From IMG/VR virus record IMGVR_UViG_3300031565_005154: a DNA stretch of 30,126 nt; one strand, written 5' to 3'. Numbering within the stretch: position 1 is the stretch's first letter; each line of letters starts with the position of its first letter. Below, piece after piece: positions 1-9,302 of this stretch. Source of the stretch: a virus. The notes under the pieces are model-generated. The model worked only from the letters and a program-made list of their open reading frames with translations, ran no database searches and was not told the DNA's origin. Position numbers and translations under genes: made by a program.

Positions 1-366
1 ACGCCTTGCCAATGAAAGCTTATAAACTGCGACCACTAGCGATCGAACATTCTCTTGAGACGAACAAACTTCGTCCATGATGGCTTCTAGGTATTCTAAG
101 TGTTTACCGCCGTTGGTGAAATTGTCATATCCTAAAATTTTTGCTGCGGCTTGTATACTTGGAGTATCAAATGTCTTAACGTCTTCTTTGTGAACAAGAT
201 GTGAAAGAATCTTAAAAAGTTCTTTATTGTGTGTCCAATAGAAATCTTGAATATCTAATATGTCTTCAACTTCAAAGAAACAACTAGTGCCATACGTAGT
301 GATACCGGCTAGAATAGCCCTCTCCATACCTGGGTCTTGCAATATGGCGTTCGTTTTATTTCCCAT
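1..366 (-). CDS. dnaB: Replicative DnaB-like helicase, N-terminal domain (partial, runs off the left edge)
   Basis: Not in the ORF track. Manual translation from ATG at 366: MGNKTNAILQDPGMERAILAGI...EDILDIQDFYWTHNKELFKIL...; the ERAILAG and DFY..HN..LF..L pattern is typical of DnaB N-termini. Frame is open to base 1. Confidence 0.7.
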   Translation of the reverse strand, partial: MGNKTNAILQDPGMERAILAGITTYGTSCFFEVEDILDIQDFYWTHNKELFKILSHLVHKEDVKTFDTPSIQAAAKILGYDNFTNGGKHLEYLEAIMDEVCSSQENVRSLVVAVYKLSLARR

Positions 367-949
367 GATTGAACCTACTTTTCTGTCCCCCAAGACACTT
401 CGGACATTTTTGTCCCATCTCACCACTAGGGCGATCCGCCTCAAATGTTCCTTCACACTCGTTACATATTGCTTCGTATTTACGAGCCACGGGTCTATCG
501 AGTTTCAGTTTGTTTGATCGTGCTTTTAGAGCCCTCTTCTTGTTTCTCTCTACTTCTTTTGGATCAGGATCATTAGTAATTAATCGTACACCGCCTTCTT
601 GTCGTTGGACTGTTGTTCTGTCACTATCATTTAACAAAATGGAAGTGTCTTCTCCATCAGTGGTAACTATGGATTTTTTCTTAGTTTTACTATTTTTGCT
701 TCCTTTTGGTTTGCCCGATTTTTTCTTTTCTAATTTTGGTGGTTTTTCTACAGATGTTGTAGTAGACTTAATTTTCGGCAAGCCCAATACAATATCGGCG
801 ATCTGTCTAAGTGCGCACTCAGCATCATTTGATGCTGTCGTTGTTCCTGGCAATTGTAAAGCTTCACCCGTAAGTCGTTCGTACCCCTCACAAACAGTTT
901 CCCAGTTGCCTTCACGAATACCTTCTTTGATATATTCTATTGGACTCAT
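356..949 (-). CDS. Hypothetical protein, Lys-rich linker and C-terminal zinc ribbon
   Basis: 197-aa ORF with CNEC...CPKC at the C-terminus; overlaps both neighbours. Confidence 0.75.
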   Translation of the reverse strand: MSPIEYIKEGIREGNWETVCEGYERLTGEALQLPGTTTASNDAECALRQIADIVLGLPKIKSTTTSVEKPPKLEKKKSGKPKGSKNSKTKKKSIVTTDGEDTSILLNDSDRTTVQRQEGGVRLITNDPDPKEVERNKKRALKARSNKLKLDRPVARKYEAICNECEGTFEADRPSGEMGQKCPKCLGGQKSRFNHGK

Positions 950-1362
950 CGGTTGCTCCCTTCATTATATCTAGCCCTTACCAAACCACCGATACTTTGT
1001 CCTACCAGTTCGATTCGACGAGCTAGGTACTGTATTCGTTCCAGTCTTAATTCTGCTTGTCTTACCCATTGGTGCAGTAGGGGGCGATCATCTCCTAGCA
1101 AACGATTAGTTACCTGCTTAGACCATTTTAGAAAGGTCTGACATTCATTCGCTTTTTGTTGTAAAAACAGACCATATTGCGCCAAGACAATAGCATCTTC
1201 CGCCAACTGCACAGAAGATCGTTCTCTCAGAGATTCTCGCGTAAATCCAAGAATAGTTTCAACTTCTGTATTAGATGGTTGATACTGGAAAAGTCCGAGC
1301 GATCTACACCACTGATCCAATTTATCTTTATATATCTTGGTTTCATCGATCAAGTTACTCAT
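946..1362 (-). CDS. Hypothetical helical protein
   Basis: 138-aa ORF, 4-bp overlap with the downstream gene, amphipathic helical pattern. Confidence 0.7.
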   Translation of the reverse strand: MSNLIDETKIYKDKLDQWCRSLGLFQYQPSNTEVETILGFTRESLRERSSVQLAEDAIVLAQYGLFLQQKANECQTFLKWSKQVTNRLLGDDRPLLHQWVRQAELRLERIQYLARRIELVGQSIGGLVRARYNEGSNR

Positions 1363-1714
1363 CGTAAATCTCTATAATCTTAAACCCATTGAGTTCACAA
1401 AAATCTCGTTTATTCTGATCAGCATCCTGCTGGCGATGAAATTCCCGTTTAGTTTTGTGAAAATGTTTGACATGTTCTGTATGCTGTCTACCATGACATT
1501 CTACCACTAAATTCAATGATGGAATAAAAAAATCTAGTACAAATCCATCTCCTGGAACGATAACTTCTTCGAATATTGTATCATGAGGATACTGTTCGCA
1601 CAATTGTTTACCTATAGAGTGTTGAAATTTTGATTTTGATTTTTCTTCTGTGCGAAGTTTCTTATTATTAAGTCGTATCTTAGTTGTTCCACCTTTCAAG
1701 AGTTTAACTTCCAT
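1355..1714 (-). CDS. Vsr/DUF559-like PD-(D/E)XK endonuclease
   Basis: FEEV...LDFFIPSLNLVVECHGRQH...D..KRDFCELNGFKIIEI motif. Confidence 0.75.
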   Translation of the reverse strand: MEVKLLKGGTTKIRLNNKKLRTEEKSKSKFQHSIGKQLCEQYPHDTIFEEVIVPGDGFVLDFFIPSLNLVVECHGRQHTEHVKHFHKTKREFHRQQDADQNKRDFCELNGFKIIEIYDE

Positions 1715-1715
1715 T

Positions 1716-2270
1716 TTACACCGCGATATCTTGAGAATTAAGCCTAGCTAATATGCCAAATATTCCATCGAACAAAACACATTCTACCCCAGCTTCTTGC
1801 ATCATACCCCAACCATATATAATAGACTCAACCCACGCCTGATGAGAAGATGCGATAGCCATGAACTGAGCATGACCGACAACCCTTCGTATACCAGACT
1901 GAATAATAGCTTTTGCACATTCAGAACAAGCGTAGAACGGACAATACAGGGTGGCATCTCGTGTGCTTTTCCCGTGTAGCGCAGCGTTAAATACCGCACC
2001 ATTTTCAGCATGAACAACCATTCGGTATTTAGTTGGCTTATCAGTTAAGCGAGTTCGCGTTTCTGCTATTCCTCTAGCAAATCTGTTAGTCGCATACGTT
2101 ATAATTTTACTATCTGACCCAACTAGTACAGCACCATTCTTGGTGCTGGGGTCAGGACTGGTTGCGTTGCCGTGTTGATATGCTAATTCCAAAAAGTGTC
2201 TATCAATTATGTTGGTGGTTAGGGCAAATGGTTGTGGCAACCAATCAAGTTTAAGTTGTGTGCTATTCAT
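1716..2270 (-). CDS. dCMP deaminase (ComEB-like)
   Basis: SPDPSTKNGAVLV, VHAE, LYC..ACSECAKAIIQSGIRRVV zinc-deaminase motifs. Confidence 0.9.
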   Translation of the reverse strand: MNSTQLKLDWLPQPFALTTNIIDRHFLELAYQHGNATSPDPSTKNGAVLVGSDSKIITYATNRFARGIAETRTRLTDKPTKYRMVVHAENGAVFNAALHGKSTRDATLYCPFYACSECAKAIIQSGIRRVVGHAQFMAIASSHQAWVESIIYGWGMMQEAGVECVLFDGIFGILARLNSQDIAV

Positions 2271-3312
2271 TATTAGCTCCGGATTCTGGCGGAAAAATGA
2301 TATTCCTTATTTCTGTCTCCAGTTGTTTCAATTTGTCTGGATTTTCTTTGAGAAAATTAGATAGTCTCGTCAATCCCTGGAATTTTGATGTAACATCGGC
2401 GAACATAGGAATTGAGTACCATGCGCCCGCCTTTTCAATCAACCCCAATTCTTCTGCTGTTGTAACGATATCTCTGACTACATCTATTCCAATACCATAT
2501 CGAAGAGGTAATATGCACGGAAGATATGGCCTACCCATTGCCGATGACTGTACTGTAATGTGCATATCATGTCCATCCGGAGCGTTTGTTTCTGCATTTC
2601 GTTCCCACTGTTGTGTCCAGGCCACTTTTAGCCAGACAGAACAAGCATATTGAATAGCAACTCCACCCTTTTCGACAAATTTTGGACCACGAGGTTCTCT
2701 GTTAGTCATCATTTGCGATATAAAAATCAAAATCACATCTTGCGCATCGACAATCTGTTGAGCCCGTCTAAAAAACGCAGATAGCAACTTGGCGGGTCCA
2801 GCCATATCTCTGCTAGAACCAATGTCGTCTTCCTGTTCGGTCATAGTAGAAAGCGCAGCAATACTGTCAATTACCACAACAGCTTTCTTTTGTGTCTTGG
2901 CGATACGTTCTATGATATTCAAATAATCTTCGGCAGTGAGTGGTTTATCTATTTTGTGCGGAATAACTTGTAGTTTCGTTGGGTCTAATCCTTGAATGGT
3001 AGAAAGCAGGGATGGTGTGCATCTTCGTTCTATGTTGATATAAAATGTTGGACGATTAAGAATCTGTGCATTTCGGAGCAGTTCTAAACACAACGTGGTT
3101 TTGCCACTTTTTGGGCGCCCGGTAATGAGACAAATAGTGCCATCTGGAATACCACCGTTAAGAGCGATGTCGAGAGACAGTGGGGTATGCAGAACATCTC
3201 TGGTACTAGGAGGTAGTGCTTCGTCGGCTGTCGCAATAATTCCAGTGCCATGCATTCGAATAAGAAATGCATCCAATGATTCGGTATCAATATTTGGTTT
3301 CTTCTTAGCCAT
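2263..3312 (-). CDS. recA: RecA-family recombinase (divergent, phage type)
   Basis: SLDIALNGGIP, Walker A GRPKSGKT, Walker B VVVIDSIAAL, GLIEKAGAWYS. Confidence 0.92.
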   Translation of the reverse strand: MAKKKPNIDTESLDAFLIRMHGTGIIATADEALPPSTRDVLHTPLSLDIALNGGIPDGTICLITGRPKSGKTTLCLELLRNAQILNRPTFYINIERRCTPSLLSTIQGLDPTKLQVIPHKIDKPLTAEDYLNIIERIAKTQKKAVVVIDSIAALSTMTEQEDDIGSSRDMAGPAKLLSAFFRRAQQIVDAQDVILIFISQMMTNREPRGPKFVEKGGVAIQYACSVWLKVAWTQQWERNAETNAPDGHDMHITVQSSAMGRPYLPCILPLRYGIGIDVVRDIVTTAEELGLIEKAGAWYSIPMFADVTSKFQGLTRLSNFLKENPDKLKQLETEIRNIIFPPESGANNE

Positions 3313-3775
3313 TTTCTGTTTTTCTTACCTTCGACAATTTACTTTGTATACCCATGTCGACAAAAGTAGAATTTTTTCTTGAATCAATTGTTGGCGGTTG
3401 CTGCTTCTGACTCAAAGCTGCACGGTGTGTTTTTAGATCAGCTATGCGACGACGGGTAAGTCTTACGACTTTTGTCACCGTTGTTTTAGCCACAAGTGCT
3501 TTGATTTTGTATTCGTCAATAATCTGAGTTAAAGCAGTTTGAGTTAGAGTGTCTGTCAAATCCAGTTCTTTTCCTATGTTAGATATACCCCGTATCTCTC
3601 GTTTATATTTTGGTGCCCAATATTTTGTGTCAGACCAAAATCGTGGACCTATCTTTGGGTCTAAGTTACAACATACCAGTTCTATAATATAATCTCGGAA
3701 TGCTACGTATAACCCAGGTGTTGTGGGAGATGCGTACGGATGTTTGTCACTTTGTGGTTGGTGTCTTATTGCCAT
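3305..3775 (-). CDS. Hypothetical protein
   Basis: 156-aa ORF overlapping both neighbours. Confidence 0.7.
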   Translation of the reverse strand: MAIRHQPQSDKHPYASPTTPGLYVAFRDYIIELVCCNLDPKIGPRFWSDTKYWAPKYKREIRGISNIGKELDLTDTLTQTALTQIIDEYKIKALVAKTTVTKVVRLTRRRIADLKTHRAALSQKQQPPTIDSRKNSTFVDMGIQSKLSKVRKTENG

Positions 3776-4200
3776 TAGGAGTTCTTAATCAAAAAGAAAC
3801 CCGCATTTGCAATAGTTCGTTCTTCGGTAAATGAATGATCAAATTTGGGTTGCCTATGCCAAACCACAAGTATTTTTTGTCCATCATAATATCCAATACC
3901 AGCATAATTGTATTGTGAACCGCCCCAAACAGCATTTTTCTTATATCCTAAAAAGTACCCTTCCTGATTAGGGGGCATCTTTACGTCAATACCACCTGGT
4001 CCTTGAAGTCGCAGACCGGTGATCGAGATATCCTTATTTGCGTCAAGCCATTTGTCAAGCCGAGCCCAGGCATGTCTTTGACCAGGACGATCGTCTTGGA
4101 TAACTGTTCGTCCATCTGACAACGATGCCAAAAATCTTATAGTAGGTGTTTGATCAGTGGCACCAAATGCTAAAGTTAAGTCACCTGTTGTTTCGTTCAT
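3775..4200 (-). CDS. Hypothetical protein
   Basis: 141-aa ORF, TAATG overlap with the downstream gene. Confidence 0.7.
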   Translation of the reverse strand: MNETTGDLTLAFGATDQTPTIRFLASLSDGRTVIQDDRPGQRHAWARLDKWLDANKDISITGLRLQGPGGIDVKMPPNQEGYFLGYKKNAVWGGSQYNYAGIGYYDGQKILVVWHRQPKFDHSFTEERTIANAGFFLIKNS

Positions 4201-4203
4201 ATT

Positions 4204-4554
4204 TTATTCCTTTTTTCCAGACCTGTTTGTGTATGGGGAACGGTTCAGTTGTTCGTCTGCTAGCGCTGATTCGCCTGGCGTCATAGCATGAACTCCCTTT
4301 CCAGCATCAAGAACTCTCCGTCGATTCTTCGGTTTAATACATAGAACACGATCATCCATAGGCGCGGTTTTTGATTCTGGAAGTGTCTCATCAGAATTCT
4401 CGAAATCCTTTTCGTCAAACCCACCGTAAGCATCAAATCTTTTAGCTGCGGTTTCCAAAAATACGCCTCGTGTTTTACTGCGTAGGCGACCCAAATTTAC
4501 ATTTGAGCCACACAAAAAGTCCATAAAATTTTTCTTGAATTCATCAAAAGTCAT
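4204..4554 (-). CDS. Hypothetical protein
   Basis: 116-aa ORF, AAGGAG RBS upstream. Confidence 0.65.
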   Translation of the reverse strand: MTFDEFKKNFMDFLCGSNVNLGRLRSKTRGVFLETAAKRFDAYGGFDEKDFENSDETLPESKTAPMDDRVLCIKPKNRRRVLDAGKGVHAMTPGESALADEQLNRSPYTNRSGKKE

Positions 4555-4852
4555 TTCGAAATCTCCTTTGAGCCAGAAGAAACGGTGTTCTATTTTTACT
4601 TCGCAGGAAAGTAGTATATCGCTGATAACACTCCCGACTACATGTTCTTAGTCTCCAAAACAATCCGCCACGTTCACGATCTCTCTTATGTATCTTATTA
4701 TTGACATCCATGGGATCAAATAGATCACCAGCGTTTGAGGCAAGTACCAGATATCTATGTCCTGACCATCTTGCTGCCACATCGAAATCGGGCCGTACCC
4801 CCTCAGATATTTCGTGTGGTGTCCCGTTGATATCAACTACAATTACTTTCAT
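4544..4852 (-). CDS. Hypothetical protein
   Basis: 102-aa ORF, GGAG RBS, ATGA-type coupling region with the upstream gene. Confidence 0.65.
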   Translation of the reverse strand: MKVIVVDINGTPHEISEGVRPDFDVAARWSGHRYLVLASNAGDLFDPMDVNNKIHKRDRERGGLFWRLRTCSRECYQRYTTFLRSKNRTPFLLAQRRFRNDF

Positions 4853-5181
4853 TTACTCCACGCTTCAAACAAAACATCTGTATCTGGAGCATCAGCATAA
4901 TCATCTGCAATATCAAATGCCATACGGTCGTTAGGTGCACCAGGGTAAAATTGTCCTGATACCTGTTGTATATTAGAATAGCATCCACAAAAACCACACT
5001 TTACTGCCACTCTAGTAAGAACTGTTGATTGACCAGCACCTTCTATTGCCGCTAATTGTAACACCAATAAGGGGCGACAACAATTGGCACATTCAAAATT
5101 AATCTTACCTGTATCTTGTAGTCCCTTGAGTGGTCTATCATCTCTGTCTGGTGGACCAGTCTGGATTTCTGTTTTATCCAT
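4849..5181 (-). CDS. Hypothetical zinc-binding protein
   Basis: CANC and CGFC pairs; GGGGGAG RBS. Confidence 0.7.
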   Translation of the reverse strand: MDKTEIQTGPPDRDDRPLKGLQDTGKINFECANCCRPLLVLQLAAIEGAGQSTVLTRVAVKCGFCGCYSNIQQVSGQFYPGAPNDRMAFDIADDYADAPDTDVLFEAWSK

Positions 5182-5495
5182 TAATCTATCTCCCCCTTTT
5201 TTATGTATTTTTCTGGATTTTTTAGAATATTTTTATCAACAGGGCCTTCTCTCCAGAAAGGTTTTTTACCCACATTCTTACCTTCGCCCAGTCGATCTAG
5301 CGGTGTCTTGCGGCCTCGGAAACCCCGACAAGGCGTTTCAGTACCTCTTACTATCACAGCCGCCCCGCAACTGATCAGCTTAACCAATGTGGGCTTATGA
5401 CATTCGGGGCACTCCGTAAGGGGCTCTGCTGACATACTGTGAAATGCCTCTAATGCACGACCACATACAGCACATTCGTATTCATAGGTTGGCAT
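5181..5495 (-). CDS. FmdB-family zinc ribbon protein
   Basis: MPTYEYECAVCG...FHSMSAEPLTECPEC...LVKLIS signature. Confidence 0.88.
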   Translation of the reverse strand: MPTYEYECAVCGRALEAFHSMSAEPLTECPECHKPTLVKLISCGAAVIVRGTETPCRGFRGRKTPLDRLGEGKNVGKKPFWREGPVDKNILKNPEKYIKKGEID

Positions 5496-5501
5496 GACTT
5501 A

Positions 5502-6092
5502 TTATACCTCCGAATCGACCTTTTGTTCCATAAAAGTTCCCACTTTTTTTGTGAAATTACCTAAACTTTTACGATGTCGTTCCGTAAATGGACCTCCATT
5601 TGATGTATCGATTTTAAGCTGCTTTTTAATAATTTGTGCGATTTCTGGTGAATTCTTGCCCGCATTCTTAATGGTGCCAGTCAAGAGAGTTAACATGTCG
5701 CCTCGTTTCATAAATGCTCGCACTAACAACAACCCCGCACCCACAAAAATGATTGCGATTAAACTGGTACCGACTACAATCCACCCACCGCCTCCGTATT
5801 TTATTGTGCCAGAATTGTTTATAGTCTTACTCATAGCTAACAAATTTTGATTAACTTCTTGCTTAAAGTGTTCTATGGTTTCAGCAATTGTTGTAATTTC
5901 TGCTTTTTGTTCTACTACTTTTTCAAGTTTACCCATATCGTTACGAACACCTTGAATCTCCGTTTTAACCGCATCGGGTGATACACACCCTGGCCCGACA
6001 CACAAGAATAGGGCGATGATCGCCAGCACAGTCGCCACTAATGCCATCGGTGCTAATTCTTTTAACGTTTTTTTGGTTTTGGCTTTGAACAT
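5502..6092 (-). CDS. Membrane protein (signal/TM segment, coiled coil, second TM segment)
   Basis: Basic N-terminus, hydrophobic ALVATVLAIIALFL ending in VGPGC, and a second hydrophobic stretch WIVVGTSLIAIIFVGAGLLLV. Confidence 0.7.
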   Translation of the reverse strand: MFKAKTKKTLKELAPMALVATVLAIIALFLCVGPGCVSPDAVKTEIQGVRNDMGKLEKVVEQKAEITTIAETIEHFKQEVNQNLLAMSKTINNSGTIKYGGGGWIVVGTSLIAIIFVGAGLLLVRAFMKRGDMLTLLTGTIKNAGKNSPEIAQIIKKQLKIDTSNGGPFTERHRKSLGNFTKKVGTFMEQKVDSEV

Positions 6093-6496
6093 TTATTTTT
6101 CCTTTTTTCAAAAACCTCGTTTACAAGTGCATCTGCTCGTTTATTTTCATGTCGTGGCACCCACCTAATTGAGTGATCTTCAAACTGTTCTAGAAGTTCT
6201 CGTACACGATCACGATGTTGTTTGAGTTCTGGCTTGTTGACTTTGAAGGCTCCGATTACTTGTTTGACCATCAATTGTGAATCTGAATACACATGAACTA
6301 CATCAACTTTGTGGGTCAATGACGCTATTAATCCAGCTATTAGCGCCCTATATTCTGAAATATTTGATGTTCCATTATTTCCACAACGACGATTACCTGA
6401 GAAAATTTCGTTATCATCAATATCGTATGCCACGAAACCCAGGGCCATAACTCCTTCTCGGATTCCCCCGTCTGTAAACAATTTTATTTCCATCAT
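6062..6496 (-). CDS. rnhA: Ribonuclease HI
   Basis: LFTDGG, TSNISEYRALIAGL, YSDSQLMVKQV, WVPRHENKRADAL. Start moved to ATG at 6496 (TAATG overlap with the HNH gene). Confidence 0.9.
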   Translation of the reverse strand: MMEIKLFTDGGIREGVMALGFVAYDIDDNEIFSGNRRCGNNGTSNISEYRALIAGLIASLTHKVDVVHVYSDSQLMVKQVIGAFKVNKPELKQHRDRVRELLEQFEDHSIRWVPRHENKRADALVNEVFEKRKNKCSKPKPKKR

Positions 6497-7137
6497 TAAT
6501 GTTTTTTTCTTACTGGCGTTTCTAGGGCTTTCGCTATATCCCAACCACGCTTAATGCGTTGATCAATAATATAATCTGGAATATCCATTTCTTCTGCCCA
6601 GGCGGCGATACATTGAGATTTGCCGAGATATGAAATCAAACGATTATTTCGTTTGTTTCTTTGTTGTTGACTCCAGGTGGCCCAATAACAATTATTCTTA
6701 CAATAACCCTTATCATTATTTTTTCGTTCGATCGTAAGTTTTAACTTCCACTCCTTGGCCATATCTTTATTAAAATTCTCAAATGAATTACTCCATCGTT
6801 TACAAACCGTGATTCCTCGACCACCATAGTGGTGATAATTTTTATTTTTCGGATTAGTACATCGCTGGATCATACTCAACCATATTGAATAAATTTTAGT
6901 TACTTTACCCTTTTTAGAATGGCCATGTTTTGTAAATCGTTGTCTTGTTGTTTCTTTCCGTAAACACCCACAACTTTTGGTATGGTTTCTATGTAGATCA
7001 TTACCTAAAATAATCTTTTCTATTCCGCAATCACACTTACATAACCACATGGACCGACTGTGCTTGCTGTTAGAAACCCTCTCAATAACAGTCAGTCTCC
7101 CGAATTTTTGTCCCGTTAAATCGATAAATTTTGACAT
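6496..7137 (-). CDS. HNH-type homing endonuclease-like protein (DLTGxKFGRL family)
   Basis: DLTGQKFGRLTV, WLCKCDCG, TKSCGC, W..M..RC.N...YGGRGI.VC..W..F..F, TIERKNN.KGY...NC.WAT. Confidence 0.85.
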   Translation of the reverse strand: MSKFIDLTGQKFGRLTVIERVSNSKHSRSMWLCKCDCGIEKIILGNDLHRNHTKSCGCLRKETTRQRFTKHGHSKKGKVTKIYSIWLSMIQRCTNPKNKNYHHYGGRGITVCKRWSNSFENFNKDMAKEWKLKLTIERKNNDKGYCKNNCYWATWSQQQRNKRNNRLISYLGKSQCIAAWAEEMDIPDYIIDQRIKRGWDIAKALETPVRKKH

Positions 7138-7152
7138 TTTATTTTTCCATAA

Positions 7153-8109
7153 TTAAAATGGAGTTTCATTCTCATCTATATCTGTCCGTGAGCCATCACA
7201 CATGTCTCTGAAATGACATTTCACACAGGCTTTTTCGTTATCGGTTTTTGTAAAATAAGATGGATTATTTCTATTCTCAAAAGTTTTGGCCAATAAGGGA
7301 TATTCGTTACGAATAATACCAGCCTGTCTCTTCATGTGTTGCATTGTGACATCAAGATGTGGAATCGCTCTTTCTCCTAATTCTACAAACGCTGCTAGAT
7401 ACACTGGGATGATTACTATATCTTCTGGCTTCGTTGCCCATCCCTGCTTTAATGCGTACATACTGTAAGTTACAAGCTGGTCTATCACACTGTCACTAAC
7501 TCTCCCTGTTTTCCAATCCAAAAGATAAACTTTTCCTTGATACCTAAATCCACAGTCTATTTTAACAGCTACTTCTTCACCGGTATTTAATTGGAATTTC
7601 TGGAAGTCTTCGAGAGTAAGCCATGCATCCTTTTCAAGACCCTGTAAAACTTTGAACAATGGCATATCATAAAATGCCTTTAATGATGTAAACACCTTCT
7701 GTTTGAAAGCATTGAGCTGTTCCTTGTCAACCTCTTCCTGATAGAAATGTTCGGCAAGATTAATATTATACTTAGGGCTACTCTGCCATCTTTTGTCGGT
7801 TGATTGCTTCCATCCCTTGCGCAGAGCTTGGACACCATCGTGTTGTGCTTGTTCTAGTGTTTTCCACTTTCCTGTCTTGCGACCTTCAGTGATAATGTCT
7901 TCTATTATATTGTGGACAATCGAGCCAATAAACATAGGAAGATTTGTCATGTTTTTCAACATATATGCTCTGCGCTTCTCTTGAGGCGCACTGGCCAACC
8001 AGCCTTCCCAGGCCACATTATATGTTAAATTATATTTCCAAGCACATTCTCTTAAACACTTAACACGGCTCTCAGACCACGCATAAGTTTGTACAAATTG
8101 TTTACCCAT
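7153..8109 (-). CDS. PD-(D/E)XK nuclease, Cas4/RecB/AddB-like with probable Fe-S ligands
   Basis: N-terminal C..KY, GSIVH, KID...LLDWKTG, QL..Y, C-terminal CVKCHFRDMC. Confidence 0.85.
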   Translation of the reverse strand: MGKQFVQTYAWSESRVKCLRECAWKYNLTYNVAWEGWLASAPQEKRRAYMLKNMTNLPMFIGSIVHNIIEDIITEGRKTGKWKTLEQAQHDGVQALRKGWKQSTDKRWQSSPKYNINLAEHFYQEEVDKEQLNAFKQKVFTSLKAFYDMPLFKVLQGLEKDAWLTLEDFQKFQLNTGEEVAVKIDCGFRYQGKVYLLDWKTGRVSDSVIDQLVTYSMYALKQGWATKPEDIVIIPVYLAAFVELGERAIPHLDVTMQHMKRQAGIIRNEYPLLAKTFENRNNPSYFTKTDNEKACVKCHFRDMCDGSRTDIDENETPF

Positions 8110-8123
8110 CTGGTTTTCTCCCT

Positions 8124-9302
8124 TTAATCAACCCAAATTGGAGCTTCAACTGTTTTACCCCAACGTGGATGCATGAGGAAAAACGATTGTTGCGGTTTCT
8201 CAAATGACGCCTTAATACTTAGGGCATAGGGTCCATAACCTATAATGGAACCGTTGCCAACATAATTTTTTCCAGACATTCTTTGGTGCCAGTGGGCAAA
8301 AATATCCAAATCGGCAGGTCTCGCTTGATTCCATTGGGCAATAGCCTTATTTAGTGGAATAGTTAATCCGCCTACCCCACCAGCATACCTGACATAATTA
8401 CCATGATGAAACCTAAGTGTATATCCGTACACGTCTAGATAATTGAAATATCCACGAGATAACTTGAATCTGACTGTCTCGGATTCTGCGTAATGAGTAG
8501 CTAGGAAATTATATACAAGCCACTCAAAACTATTTTCCACACAAGTAGAAATTCTTATTTTGGGGGTAGTGCGACCATGATTACCCACACTTGTCATCAC
8601 AACTATTTCCTCAAAATCTCCATTGGTGACCAAGAAGTCGATAGCAGATTTACACAACTTATAAACTTCAATTGAAGCTTCTATTGGAGATAAAGCGTTG
8701 CTCTCCATTAATTCTTCGTGTATATATCCACTAATTAGATCGCCACCCAACCACAATACCAATTTCTTTATAGCCGATTTACTTCGTCCCATTTCTACTA
8801 GTTTCAATCCATTGGTAAAGACATTTTGGAATCTTCGTTTAGCTATTGTGATATTATATTCATTGAGACCATCAACTGTACCTGGATCAACCTGTTCCTC
8901 AAAATGGATGTCGGAACACAAAATAACGGCTGTCGATTCGGACTGCTTGCTGTCTGGACTAATTCTGATCGGCTGCTCATGTACTAAATCCATATTCTTG
9001 CTGAATAATTCTATTGCACTAATCCTACCAGATTGGTTTTCAAACATCGTAAGAAGTTCGTTATACTTCTTTTGTAACGATCTCTTGTCTCGCGTAGCAG
9101 TCTTCAATTTGGCATCTAATTGTACTTCTTGATCCACATCTATCACCGGGGCATTCGCTGTGTATCCCCTGTCGATAGCCTTATGAAATCTACCACTCAA
9201 TGTTTTGCGAGGAATACCCAATTCCTTAGCGGCTTCTGTTATTGAACCGTGTTCTTTAACTATATCTACGGCTTCCTGCAAAATTGTTCGCTCATTATTC
9301 AT
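8124..9302 (-). CDS. HTH plus coiled coil plus calcineurin-like metallophosphoesterase
   Basis: GSITEAAKELGIPRKTL HTH; SDIH, GGDL, GNHGR, HHG and AHWH motifs. Confidence 0.8.
   Translation of the reverse strand: MNNERTILQEAVDIVKEHGSITEAAKELGIPRKTLSGRFHKAIDRGYTANAPVIDVDQEVQLDAKLKTATRDKRSLQKKYNELLTMFENQSGRISAIELFSKNMDLVHEQPIRISPDSKQSESTAVILCSDIHFEEQVDPGTVDGLNEYNITIAKRRFQNVFTNGLKLVEMGRSKSAIKKLVLWLGGDLISGYIHEELMESNALSPIEASIEVYKLCKSAIDFLVTNGDFEEIVVMTSVGNHGRTTPKIRISTCVENSFEWLVYNFLATHYAESETVRFKLSRGYFNYLDVYGYTLRFHHGNYVRYAGGVGGLTIPLNKAIAQWNQARPADLDIFAHWHQRMSGKNYVGNGSIIGYGPYALSIKASFEKPQQSFFLMHPRWGKTVEAPIWVD

Noticed and set aside
8003-8030. dif-like site (ATATGTTAAAT resembles the XerD arm)
   Set aside because: No XerC arm at the right spacing, and it lies inside a CDS.
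7153-8109. Cas4-like gene as evidence of a CRISPR-Cas system
   Set aside because: No array or other cas genes were seen; solo Cas4/RecB-like nucleases are common in phage replication regions.
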